Shown here: positions 25,534-34,204 of the stretch, piece after piece
Numbering within the stretch: position 1 is the first letter of the stretch
How the letters are laid out: every line of letters begins with the position of its first letter
Source of the DNA: Candidatus Omnitrophica bacterium CG11_big_fil_rev_8_21_14_0_20_64_10
GTDB taxonomy: Bacteria; Omnitrophota; Gorgyraeia; 1-14-0-20-64-10
Assembly (NCBI GenBank): GCA_002787095.1
Contig: PCVW01000069.1
Coordinates: 12,611 to 53,246, forward strand
Length of the DNA stretch: 40,636 nucleotides
Reading direction: 5' to 3'
Made by a program: the position numbers and the translations under genes
The notes under the pieces: generated by a model
The model's database searches: none
What the model saw: only the letters and a program-made list of their open reading frames with translations
Told to the model about the DNA's origin: nothing

Positions 25534-26718
25534 ATGCAACCTTCCTCGTTTTCTGCGGATAGAAAGGGCCGGGTTTTTACGGCGCACCTGGGCGGGAAAC
25601 TGGAGACCCGCTCCAAGATTCCCTTAAACTCGCCGGAGGTTCTGCGCCTCATCTATACCCCCGGCGTTGCCGAGGTCTGCCGGCACCTCAAGGCCCACCC
25701 GGAGGATGGCCTCAAGTACACCTGGCTCGGCTCCACGGTGGCCGTGGTGACCAACGGGACCGCCGTCTTGAGCTTAGGGAACATCGGCCCGCTGGCGAGT
25801 CTCCCGGTTATGGAGGCCAAGGCCATGCTGTTTAAGGAGCTGGCTGGCTTGAACGCGGTTCCGATCCTCATCCAGACCCGCGAGGCGGGCACCTTCGCTG
25901 ACACGGTGGAGCAGATGGCCCCTTCTTTTGGGGCCATCATGCTGGAGGACATTGAGGCGCCCGCCTGTTTTGCCATCGAGCGGGAACTCCAGAAACGACT
26001 GACGATCCCCGTCCTGCATGCGGACCAGCACGCCACGGCAGTGGTGGTTCTGGCCGCGATCATGAAGGTCGCTTCGCTTCTTCAGAAACCCCACCCCCAA
26101 CTCAAAGTGCTTATTCACGGCGCGGGGCCGGCAGGGCTGGCCATCGCACGACTGTTGCACGCGTGGGGGATCCGAGAGCTTCTCCTCTGCCAGGCCGATG
26201 GAATCCTCTGGCCAGGAAAGAAGACAGCGGAAGATCCCATTCATTCCGATGTCGCGGCGTTTACCAATCTTCGCCAGGAGTCGGGGCGGTTGGAAGAACT
26301 CCTGCCCGGGCGGGATGTCCTGATCAGCACATCGGGTGATTTGCGGTTGGGGCAAAACGCGATCCGCTCCATGGCTCGGAAGGCGGTCATCTTGGCGCTC
26401 TCCAATCCCCAGCCGATCGTTGCGCCGCAAGAAGCTCTGACGGCCGGATGCGCTTTTGCCCTGGATGGTACGTCCTTAAACAACGCGCTGGCCTTCCCCG
26501 GGTTGTTCAAAGGAGCGCTGGAAGCCCGGGCGAGCCATTTCGATGAAGAGATGCTGCTGGAGGCGGCCAAGGCGATTGCTCAAGCTGCACCCCCGGGGCA
26601 ACTGGTCCCGGATCAGCTGGATCGGAAGCTCCATCGAAAGGTGGCCCGGGCCGTTGCAAAGGCGGTTTTGGGATCCAGGCAAGAGATGGCCGACTGTGGG
26701 GAGCGGCTCCATGATTAA
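25534..26718 (+). CDS. NAD(P)-dependent malic enzyme family protein (divergent)
   Basis: IYTPGVAEVC, LGNIGPLASLPVMEAKAMLFK, LEDIEAP.CF.IE, H.DQH.TA, GAGPAG, ALSNP, NNALAFPGLFKGAL. Confidence 0.88.
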   Translation: MQPSSFSADRKGRVFTAHLGGKLETRSKIPLNSPEVLRLIYTPGVAEVCRHLKAHPEDGLKYTWLGSTVAVVTNGTAVLSLGNIGPLASLPVMEAKAMLFKELAGLNAVPILIQTREAGTFADTVEQMAPSFGAIMLEDIEAPACFAIERELQKRLTIPVLHADQHATAVVVLAAIMKVASLLQKPHPQLKVLIHGAGPAGLAIARLLHAWGIRELLLCQADGILWPGKKTAEDPIHSDVAAFTNLRQESGRLEELLPGRDVLISTSGDLRLGQNAIRSMARKAVILALSNPQPIVAPQEALTAGCAFALDGTSLNNALAFPGLFKGALEARASHFDEEMLLEAAKAIAQAAPPGQLVPDQLDRKLHRKVARAVAKAVLGSRQEMADCGERLHD

Positions 26719-26935
26719 CCGGATCGGCTTTGCGGCCGGGGATATTTGGCAGTATCTGGACAAGCACCACAACCGGACCACAAAGCTTTCCGAGCTGGTC
26801 GCCGATCTGGATAATCCCCGGGACGTTCTTCTCATGAGCGTTGGCTGGCTGGCCCGGGAGGGGCACCTTATCCTGGAGCCCACGGATGGGGATTACCATG
26901 TCCATCTGCGTCGCCATCAAGGGGGTGGGGAATGA
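26711..26935 (+). CDS. Winged HTH protein, DUF2582-like
   Basis: IGFAAGDIWQYL...VGWLAREG signature. Confidence 0.82.
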   Translation: MINRIGFAAGDIWQYLDKHHNRTTKLSELVADLDNPRDVLLMSVGWLAREGHLILEPTDGDYHVHLRRHQGGGE

Positions 26936-27348
26936 CGGCGCCTTCGCTCGTCCGATTCCAAGGAGAACGGATCCAAAGCGACATGGATCTTTTCACGCTC
27001 CGGGAGGAGACGATCCGGCTGGCCCGGGAGGTCGGGTTTCCGGAACTGGCCGTCACCCAGCTGAATGCCTTGGTGGCGGAGGTGGCCCGAAAGCTCCTCA
27101 TGAGGCGGCAAGGGGCGAGCTGCTATGTGGCCCGGTGCCGCTCGAAAGGCAGGGTGGGTCTCGAGATCGTCGTCATCGTCTCTGGGATGGAGGAAGAAGC
27201 GGTCCGTAAGACGCTGGAATCGAACAGCGAGTTTTTCTGGCGAGAGGGCAATCGGGTGATTTGCGAACGATCGATCCTGGATCTGGTCCGGGTGTTGGCT
27301 CCTGCCGATCATGGGGCGCAGGTGGAGCTGATCAAATGGAAATCTTGA
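26932..27348 (+). CDS. Hypothetical protein, degenerate RsbT/anti-sigma-factor-like
   Basis: D...R...IRLAREVGF......LVAEVARKLL...GLEIVV and a C-terminal G..V...KW resemble RsbT. The ATP-lid glycine motifs are absent. Confidence 0.5.
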   Translation: MTAPSLVRFQGERIQSDMDLFTLREETIRLAREVGFPELAVTQLNALVAEVARKLLMRRQGASCYVARCRSKGRVGLEIVVIVSGMEEEAVRKTLESNSEFFWREGNRVICERSILDLVRVLAPADHGAQVELIKWKS

Positions 27349-27358
27349 AGGTTTTCCG

Positions 27359-27835
27359 ATGAGAGACCAGGGAACGTATGACTTGGACGCCTTGGTGCGC
27401 CGTGCGGCCCGATCCATGAAGACGGTGGTCCGCCAGTTCGAAAAACGATGCCGGGCGATGCAGGCCGAATCCTCAGACTCTGCGGAGTCAGCCCGATTGG
27501 CGCGGGTGTTGAAGAATCGCGCTGATCGGACCCGAATGAAGCTTCGGGACTTCCACGGGCGGATCACCCATTTGGTGCAGATCATGCAGTCGCAGCAGGT
27601 GATTACCCGAGGGGAAGCCCAGCCGGTCGAGGAGAGACTCACTCAGCTTCTGGCCGAGTCGCTTAACCGGGTGGAGGAGTTGCTCCGGCGCCACGAGCGC
27701 GTGAGGGTCCACCGGACTCAATCGGCAACGCTGAAGGAAGGGGGTCGTAAAAATATCCTTTACGGAGCGGCGGTGGGGTATCGGCTGATCCGACGATGGA
27801 GGAACAACGGCCGGGATGGGTGGAACGACATTTAA
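27359..27835 (+). CDS. Hypothetical helical protein
   Basis: 158-aa ORF in operon context; no recognised motif. Confidence 0.5.
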   Translation: MRDQGTYDLDALVRRAARSMKTVVRQFEKRCRAMQAESSDSAESARLARVLKNRADRTRMKLRDFHGRITHLVQIMQSQQVITRGEAQPVEERLTQLLAESLNRVEELLRRHERVRVHRTQSATLKEGGRKNILYGAAVGYRLIRRWRNNGRDGWNDI

Positions 27836-28379
27836 AGTGGACGACATGGTGGTGCACCCCGCTTACGGTCTGTGCCGGATTCACGGCATTGACCGCAAGC
27901 GCTTCGACGGCTCATCCGAGGACTGTTACGTCCTGATGATTGGACACGGGGGGAGGCAGGTGGAAGTGACAATTTCCTTTCGACAGGCGGAGGCCGTGGG
28001 GATCCGTTTTCCGGTGACATCGGAGGAAGCACTCAGGCTGATCGACATCTTGCAGGGCAAAGATTTGACGGGTGGCCAGATGCTCCTGACGACTTGGGAG
28101 GGTGTGGAGCAGGGATTAAGGAGCGGCGATCCTTTTGAAGCGGCCAGGATCTTGCGGCAGATGGCCGTTGCCAACATGGGCGATTGGGAGGAGCTGGTTG
28201 AGGAGCCGCTCTTGGACAATCGCAGGAGCAAGAAGGGCTGGGCGGCTGCCGCGGTGCACCGTCTGGCGTCGGAATTGGCGTTTGCGCAGCAGATTTCGGT
28301 AGGGGTGATGAAAGAGAGGTTCCGGCAATGGCTGGAGGGGGATCGGTCACGTCAGGGAAAAAGCAGAAGCTCGAAATAG
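27816..28379 (+). CDS. CarD-family (CarD/TRCF RID domain) transcriptional regulator
   Basis: FKVDDMVVHPAYGLCRI..I, GIR, SGDPFEAA..LR, LASELA. Confidence 0.8.
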   Translation: MGGTTFKVDDMVVHPAYGLCRIHGIDRKRFDGSSEDCYVLMIGHGGRQVEVTISFRQAEAVGIRFPVTSEEALRLIDILQGKDLTGGQMLLTTWEGVEQGLRSGDPFEAARILRQMAVANMGDWEELVEEPLLDNRRSKKGWAAAAVHRLASELAFAQQISVGVMKERFRQWLEGDRSRQGKSRSSK

Positions 28380-28627
28380 CTGTCGGTGACGCCGTCAGCT
28401 GTGGAGCCGATGGAATGAGGGGAGTCGTGGAAGCGATCCGGATCATTGATTCCGGCAAGTTCGTCCCCTCCTTCCGCGGGGAAGGCGAGGAAGTGGTGCT
28501 GACTATCCGCGATGGCGCGACCACAGCCAACCTCTGGGCCAAGGACGGCGTTGTGATCGCCAAGCTGGACAAGGATCAGAAACAGCGGTACCTGGACGCG
28601 GCACGGAAGTCCTCTCCCCGTCGGTAA
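28328..28627 (+). CDS. Hypothetical protein
   Basis: 99-aa ORF overlapping the CarD-like gene; AAAGAGAGG upstream. Confidence 0.45.
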   Translation: MAGGGSVTSGKKQKLEIAVGDAVSCGADGMRGVVEAIRIIDSGKFVPSFRGEGEEVVLTIRDGATTANLWAKDGVVIAKLDKDQKQRYLDAARKSSPRR

Positions 28628-28721
28628 ACCTCTTCCCGGGAAGATTCCTTCCCGGGAGGTCTTGCTAGGGAAAGTGGCAGGTTCGTTGGTCAAAATGGTA
28701 TGCGCAGAGGAGGGAAAGGCG

Positions 28722-29129
28722 ATGGCGTTCGAGAAGACGTTGAGCGGAGAGATCAGCCGGTGGGATCTCAGTACGAAGGGTTTTTCCATCAGCACCAAAC
28801 GATGGGAGGCAGGCAAACAGAAGGATGAAGCGGTGGCGTTTAGTCTGGATCCGAATGCGAAGGTAACGGACGAGCGGCTGAGGCCGCTGAAGCTGGCAGA
28901 GTTGAAGATTGGCCAGCGGGTCACGGTTCACTACATCACCGAACAGAGCGACCGGAACGTCGCCAAGTCGATCACCGTGGTGAAGCCGCTTGCTCCAACC
29001 GGAACGCAGGCAACCCCATCCCAAGGAGTACCGGCTGCGGCCAGGCCCACCGCCACTCCCGGTGGGCAGCCGGCGATCAAACCGGTTCCAAGATCTCTGG
29101 GGCCGCAGCCTTCTCCCAGGCCGGCCTGA
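28722..29129 (+). CDS. Hypothetical OB-fold-like protein with Pro/Ala-rich tail
   Basis: GAGGAGGG SD; G.I...D......F.LD..AKV.......LAELKIGQRVTVHY......AKSI.V pattern. Confidence 0.55.
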   Translation: MAFEKTLSGEISRWDLSTKGFSISTKRWEAGKQKDEAVAFSLDPNAKVTDERLRPLKLAELKIGQRVTVHYITEQSDRNVAKSITVVKPLAPTGTQATPSQGVPAAARPTATPGGQPAIKPVPRSLGPQPSPRPA

Positions 29130-29148
29130 TGGAAGGATCGACTAGGTT

Positions 29149-29334
29149 TTGAAAGGGAGGTCTGGAGTGTTTCAACTGCCATGCAAAAGAGGGCTGAAAC
29201 TGACGGACCTGAAGGCAGGTGATTGGGTAGCGGTGGAGTACACCAGGCAGAGAGACAGCGATGTCGTTTCTTCCATCGTGGTCCAGACGCCCGGAGCAGA
29301 GAAAACACCAGCGGCTTCTTCAGCGCAACAATAA
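29149..29334 (+). pseudogene. Partial paralog of the preceding OB-fold-like gene
   Basis: LKLTDLKAGDWVAVEYT..RDSDVVSSIVV aligns with LKLAELKIGQRVTVHYI..SDRNVAKSITV. The N-terminal half is missing. Confidence 0.45.
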
Positions 29335-29413
29335 AAGGCACCACCACTGAAAGGGCGGTGACGAATGAGCTTTCGAAGCCGCCCTTTTGAGTTTAAGAGA
29401 GGAGGATTGTTCG

Positions 29414-29710
29414 ATGGCAACTGTTACGCAAAGGTCTGGTTCCGTCCTGCGGGCGGTGCGCTTCGAGTTTCAGGCGCCCGCCTATGCGCAGCGGGTGGCC
29501 GTAGCGGGCGATTTCAACTCCTGGAATCTCTACAAGAACCTGATGCAGAAGAATCCATCGGGAATCTGGGAGACGACGGCCCACCTCGCGCCCGGGCGTT
29601 ACCAGTACAAGATCGTCATCAACGACAAGGAGTGGTTGACGGACCCCAAAGCCCAGGCGCAGGTTCCCAATCGGTACGGAAGCACCAACTCCGTCCTGGA
29701 GGTGAAGTGA
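29414..29710 (+). CDS. Glycogen-binding (CBM48 / AMPK1-CBM, isoamylase early-set) domain protein
   Basis: AQRVAVAGDFNSW, G.W.....L.PGRYQYKIVIN..W..DP, N.YGS.NSVL; GAGGAGG SD. Confidence 0.88.
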   Translation: MATVTQRSGSVLRAVRFEFQAPAYAQRVAVAGDFNSWNLYKNLMQKNPSGIWETTAHLAPGRYQYKIVINDKEWLTDPKAQAQVPNRYGSTNSVLEVK

Positions 29711-29717
29711 CATCGAG

Positions 29718-30824
29718 ACGGCTCATCGCGTTACGTTGATTCCGGGCGACGGGATCGGGCCGGAGGTGATCTTTGCCGCCCAGGCCTGCCTGAACGCGAC
29801 CGGCGTTTCGTTCGAATGGGAGATCCATTCGGCGGGAGAAGGGGCCGTTTCCCGCGCGGGGTCTCCCTTGCCGGAGGATCTCTTGGAGTCGATCCGCCGG
29901 AACAAGGTCGCCTTGAAAGGGCCGATCACCACCCCGATCGGAGGAGGGATCCGTTCCGTCAATGTCGAGTTGCGCCGGAAGCTGGATCTGTACGCCTGCG
30001 TCCGGCCCTGTCGGCTTTACCCAGGGGTTCCTTCTCGTTACCAGGAGGTGGATCTGGTTGTGATCCGCGAAAACACGGAGGATCTGTACGGCGGCCTGGA
30101 ATACCGGGATGGCAGCTCTGAGGTCCGGGAGCTCATCGCCTGGGTGGAGTCTCATGGGGGAGGGGCTCCGAGTCTTGATTCGGCCATTTCGCTCAAGCCG
30201 ATTTCGTATCACGGCTCGGCTCGGATCGCCCGTTTTGCCTTCGAGTACGCCCTTCGACAGGGGCGCAAGAAGGTGACCGTCGTCCACAAGGCCAACATCA
30301 TGAAGTACACCGACGGTCTCTTCCTGAAAGTGGCCAGGCGTGTTGCCTCCGACTATGCGGGGAGGATAGCATTTGAGGAGCAGCTGGTGGACAGCTTGTG
30401 CATGCAGTTGGTTCAGCACCCCGAATCCTATGATGTCCTCTTGTTGCCCAATCTCTACGGAGACATCGTCTCCGATCTGTGCGCCGGCTTCATCGGCGGA
30501 CTGGGGATGGCTCCGGGGGCCAACGTGGGGGATCAAGCGGTCGTTTTTGAGCCGACCCATGGTTCTGCTCCCCAATATCGGGGACAAGATAAAATGAATC
30601 CGACGGCGGCGATCCTCTCCGGCGTCCTGATGCTCCGGCATCTGGGAGAGACCGAGGCGGCCGACCGGCTGGAGCAAGCCGTCTGCGACGTTGTGCGCGA
30701 AGGGAAATTCGTCACCTTTGATCTGAAATCCGGGCAGAATGGCTTCGGCAGTGCCACCACTCGTGAAATGGCCAACGCCATCATCCGGAGTATGGAATCG
30801 GAAATGAGATCGGAAAAGAGGTGA
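29718..30824 (+). CDS. icd: Isocitrate/isopropylmalate dehydrogenase family, probably isocitrate dehydrogenase (start codon atypical)
   Basis: HRVTLIPGDGIGPEV, KGPITTP, SVNVELRRKLDLYACVRP, RENTEDLY, VHKANIMKYTDGLF, PNLYGDIVSDL, FEPTHGSAP. ACG sits where the expected ATG would be; the first canonical in-frame start is TTG 29736. Confidence 0.88.
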   Translation, partial: TAHRVTLIPGDGIGPEVIFAAQACLNATGVSFEWEIHSAGEGAVSRAGSPLPEDLLESIRRNKVALKGPITTPIGGGIRSVNVELRRKLDLYACVRPCRLYPGVPSRYQEVDLVVIRENTEDLYGGLEYRDGSSEVRELIAWVESHGGGAPSLDSAISLKPISYHGSARIARFAFEYALRQGRKKVTVVHKANIMKYTDGLFLKVARRVASDYAGRIAFEEQLVDSLCMQLVQHPESYDVLLLPNLYGDIVSDLCAGFIGGLGMAPGANVGDQAVVFEPTHGSAPQYRGQDKMNPTAAILSGVLMLRHLGETEAADRLEQAVCDVVREGKFVTFDLKSGQNGFGSATTREMANAIIRSMESEMRSEKR

Positions 30825-30830
30825 ACGGAC

Positions 30831-30917
30831 ATGGCAGCCAAGAAATTTTCTGCCAAGCCAAAGCCGGCGCAGCCGCAGGCTCCCCAGCCAGCTCAGCCAC
30901 AGCCGGTTCAGAAGTAG
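30831..30917 (+). CDS. Putative 28-aa Lys/Pro/Gln-rich small peptide
   Basis: GAGGTG SD 7 nt upstream; MAAKKFSAKPKPAQPQAPQPAQPQPVQK. Confidence 0.4.
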   Translation: MAAKKFSAKPKPAQPQAPQPAQPQPVQK

Positions 30918-30944
30918 CGGCTTATTCAGGCAAGGAGGTTTACG

Positions 30945-30983
30945 GCGAGCAGGGAGGAGTCTCTTGCCTCCCTGCTCGCTTCC
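30945..30983 (+). terminator. Strong hairpin, possible terminator
   Basis: 13-bp perfect stem GCGAGCAGGGAGG/CCTCCCTGCTCGC with only a short T tail. Confidence 0.55.
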
Positions 30984-31106
30984 TAAATAAGGGACCGGCC
31001 GTCAGGTCATGTGGGGCCGCTGCGAGGTTTGCGGCGGGGCGGTCACCCGCTCGTTGCCAGAGTCCCGGCCGCAGCCTGAGAAGGCGCGGGGCGAGCATTG
31101 AGGCTT

Positions 31107-31128
31107 AAAGCTCCGCAGGGCTTTTTTT
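31107..31128 (+). terminator. Intrinsic terminator-like hairpin upstream of the DUF486-Ehr operon
   Basis: AAAGCTC-cgca-GGGCTTT running into a T7 tract. Confidence 0.45.
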
Positions 31129-31184
31129 AATCTTTTCAAGAAAACCGGGTCTGAAAGGAAATACGAGGAGACCATGGTAGGCCG

Positions 31185-31505
31185 ATGAGAACGATCACGC
31201 TTCTGACGTTATCCAACGTCTTCATGACGTTTGCCTGGTACGGGCATCTGAAGAATCTCAACAACAGGCCCTTGGTCGTTGCCATCCTGGTGAGTTGGGG
31301 GATTGCGTTCTTTGAGTACACCCTGCAGGTGCCGGCCAACCGCCTGGGCTACGGGCGGTTTTCACTGCCGCAGCTGAAGGTGATGCAGGAGATCATCACG
31401 ATGTGCGTCTTCGCGGGTTTCGCCTGCTGGTACATGGGGCAGCCCTTGAAGGTGAATTTTCTGCGGTTCCCCCACGGGACGCTGAAAGGGATTGCGTGGA
31501 ACTGA
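31185..31505 (+). CDS. DMT-family membrane protein, DUF486-like (C-terminus apparently truncated)
   Basis: LSNVFMTFAWYGHLK, SWGIAFFEY.LQVPANR.G, QLKVMQEIIT. The last TM helix is replaced by a polar tail. Confidence 0.82.
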   Translation: MRTITLLTLSNVFMTFAWYGHLKNLNNRPLVVAILVSWGIAFFEYTLQVPANRLGYGRFSLPQLKVMQEIITMCVFAGFACWYMGQPLKVNFLRFPHGTLKGIAWN

Positions 31506-32212
31506 CTGCTCGTGACATTGCCCGGTTGCTCAACGTTTCTCCGGAAATGGTATACCGGTGGATCAAAGAGAAAGGTCTGCCCGCGCGCCGGCTCAATGAG
31601 CAATACCGTTGCAATCGGACGCAGCTTCTCGAATGGGCTTCAGCCAGGAGAATCCCGCTGGCCCCGCACCTCTTTCGTGAGCTGAAAGATTCCAGGCATG
31701 CTTCAGGGTTGAACCTGACACGGACCTTGGAGGTGGGAGGCATTGTGTACGATCTGCCGGGCCACGACCGGCGTTCCGTTATAGAGGCGATCGTAGAACG
31801 GTTGCCGCTACCGTCCGAGGCCAATCGAACCCTCTTGTTGCGAATGCTGCTGGCACGGGAGCGGATGGGCTCTACAGGAATCGGAGAGGGGATTGCCATC
31901 CCGCACGTGCGCAACCCGGTGATCCTGCACGTGCGGGCCCCGATGGTCACGCTAGGATTCTTGCGCCATCCGGTGGATTTTCACGCGGTGGACGGCAAGC
32001 CGGTTTCTGTCCTGTTCACGCTGATCAGCCCGACCATTCGTCTTCACCTGCGGCTGCTCTCCCGCCTGGCGTTTGCCTTGCAGGACTCACGTGTGCGAAG
32101 GATATTGCAAGATCACCGATCGGAGCTGGAAATCCTGGCGGCGTTCTCCCGCGCCGAGTCGCACGTGGAGGAGACAAAAATCTCCTCTGACGGGAAAGGG
32201 AGTCGCGCATGA
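31496..32212 (+). CDS. PTS IIA (nitrogen-regulatory-like) domain protein with N-terminal excisionase-type HTH
   Basis: LTARDIARLLNVSPEMVYRWIK..GLPA; LLARERMGSTGIGEGIAIPH; PVDFHAVDGKPV. Confidence 0.88.
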   Translation: MELTARDIARLLNVSPEMVYRWIKEKGLPARRLNEQYRCNRTQLLEWASARRIPLAPHLFRELKDSRHASGLNLTRTLEVGGIVYDLPGHDRRSVIEAIVERLPLPSEANRTLLLRMLLARERMGSTGIGEGIAIPHVRNPVILHVRAPMVTLGFLRHPVDFHAVDGKPVSVLFTLISPTIRLHLRLLSRLAFALQDSRVRRILQDHRSELEILAAFSRAESHVEETKISSDGKGSRA

Positions 32213-34200
32213 CGTTGTTATTCGGCGCTCTGATCCTCCTCGTGGGGAGCGGGATGGCGGCCCTGCTCTTAGGCCGGTGGCCAAGCGTGTCCAAAACAGT
32301 CGGCGTCGGCGGAGCGGTCATCGGATGTCTGGTGGGATTGGTCCCGGCATTCCAGACGTTGGCGACCAGCGTGGCGCGTTCCTGGCACGCTCCCTGGCAG
32401 GTGCCTTACGGCGAGCTGGCGCTCGGCCTCGACCCGTTGACCGCGTTTTTCCTGGTGCCGATTTTCGGGCTCGGCCTTCTCTGCGCACTCTACGGGGGCC
32501 GGTATCTGCAGCATTACCGGCACCGTCCGTTCCTCCATGTGAGCTACACCTGGTTCAACCTGCTGGTGGCGGCGATGGCTGTGGTTGTGGCAGCACGCAA
32601 CGCGCTGCTCTTCCTGGTGGCTTGGGAAGTCATGTCGCTGGCCTCCTTCTTCCTGGTGACCTTCGAGGATGAACGCAGCGACGTGCGGGAAGCGGGCTGG
32701 ACGTACCTGATCGCGACCCATCTCGGGACAGCTTTCCTGCTGGCCTTCTTCGCGCTGTGTGGGAGGTACGCGGGTTCTTTGGATTTTGACCGGTTCCGGC
32801 AGATGACAACTCTGCCGCCGGCCATCGCTGGGGCCCTATTTTCCCTGGGGATCATCGGTTTTGGGACGAAGGCCGGGTTCATGCCTTTCCACGTGTGGTT
32901 GCCGGAGGCGCATCCGGCCGCCCCCAGTCACGTGTCGGCCCTTATGTCCGGCGTCATGATCAAGATGGGGATCTACGGGATCCTCCGGGCGCTGACCTTC
33001 CTGGGGCCGCCCCCCGCCTGGTGGGGATGGCTGCTGGTGGTGATCGGGTTGACATCGGGGATTCTGGGCGTCCTCTTCGCTTTGGCACAGCATGATCTCA
33101 AACGGCTCCTGGCCTACAGCAGCATTGAAAACATCGGCATTATTGCGTTAGGAATCGGAATCGGACTGTTGGGCAGAGCGATGGGGCATCCCTTGATCAG
33201 TTTTCTTGGATTTGGCGGGGCCTTGCTGCACGTGTTGAATCACGGCCTGTTCAAGAGCCTGCTTTTCTTTGGTGCCGGTGCCGTTGCCCAGGCCACCGGC
33301 ACGCGAGAGATGGAGCATCTGGGCGGGTTGCTCAAGCGGATGCCCAGGACCGCCATCGCCTTTCTGGTCGGATGCGCGGCGATCTGCGGCCTGCCGCCCT
33401 TCAACGGATTCATCAGCGAGTGGCTGATCTACAGCGGATCTTTCCGAGGGATACTGGCGTTTTCCGGGCGGGAGGGTGTGGCCTCGTTGGCGGCGATTCT
33501 TGGATTGGCGTTGATCGGCGGGCTGGCCGCGGCCTGTTTTGCGAAGGTGTTCGGCGTCGTCTTCCTGGGGTCGCCCCGGACCGATCATGCCAGTCAGGCC
33601 CACGAGGTCGGGTTGGCCATGACCGTCCCGATGGGACTGTTGGCGACGGCTTGTGTTGTGATCGGTCTCTGGCCTGCAGGAGCGCTGCAGCTGACGTTGC
33701 CTGCCGTGGCGTTCCTTCTTGGGATGGGGCCGGAGGGATTGGGTCAGCCGTGGCAAGAAGTCCAGCACGCCTTGACACTCATCGGCAGCATCGCGGTCGC
33801 CCTGATCGGCGTGATTTTGCTTCTGGCGTTGCTGCGCCGAAAGGCATTGGCCCGTCGCCAGGCGCGTGAGTCAATCACCTGGGGTTGCGGCTATGCTTTT
33901 CCAACGGCTCGGATGCAGTATACCGCTTCTTCGTTTGCGCAGCCCTTGCTGCTTCTGTTTAAGGGTCTTTTGCGGACGCGGTTCGCGGAAGAGCGGCCGG
34001 CAGGTTATTTCCCGTCTAAAGCAAGGATCGCCTCCCACACGCCGGACGTGGCCAAAGAGTACGGCTTCCGTCCCATTGCCATGGGTGTTGTCCGAGCCCT
34101 GGACAGCTTGCGGTGGCTGCAGCGAGGCCGCGTGCAATGGTATCTCCTGTACATCGTCGTGACCCTGGTGGTCTTGCTGATCTGGAAGTTGGGGATGTGA
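32209..34200 (+). CDS. hyfB: Hydrogenase-4 component B-like proton-conducting membrane subunit
   Basis: FLVAWEVMSL, GFGTKAG..PFHVWLPEAHPAAPSHVSALMSG, LLAYSSIENIG, GLPPFNGFISEW, WGCGY...RMQYT. Confidence 0.9.
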   Translation: MTLLFGALILLVGSGMAALLLGRWPSVSKTVGVGGAVIGCLVGLVPAFQTLATSVARSWHAPWQVPYGELALGLDPLTAFFLVPIFGLGLLCALYGGRYLQHYRHRPFLHVSYTWFNLLVAAMAVVVAARNALLFLVAWEVMSLASFFLVTFEDERSDVREAGWTYLIATHLGTAFLLAFFALCGRYAGSLDFDRFRQMTTLPPAIAGALFSLGIIGFGTKAGFMPFHVWLPEAHPAAPSHVSALMSGVMIKMGIYGILRALTFLGPPPAWWGWLLVVIGLTSGILGVLFALAQHDLKRLLAYSSIENIGIIALGIGIGLLGRAMGHPLISFLGFGGALLHVLNHGLFKSLLFFGAGAVAQATGTREMEHLGGLLKRMPRTAIAFLVGCAAICGLPPFNGFISEWLIYSGSFRGILAFSGREGVASLAAILGLALIGGLAAACFAKVFGVVFLGSPRTDHASQAHEVGLAMTVPMGLLATACVVIGLWPAGALQLTLPAVAFLLGMGPEGLGQPWQEVQHALTLIGSIAVALIGVILLLALLRRKALARRQARESITWGCGYAFPTARMQYTASSFAQPLLLLFKGLLRTRFAEERPAGYFPSKARIASHTPDVAKEYGFRPIAMGVVRALDSLRWLQRGRVQWYLLYIVVTLVVLLIWKLGM

Positions 34201-34204
34201 TGGC

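Noticed and set aside
30985-31130. Guanidine riboswitch ahead of the DMT-family gene
   Set aside because: Consensus elements of guanidine-I/II/III were not recognisable.
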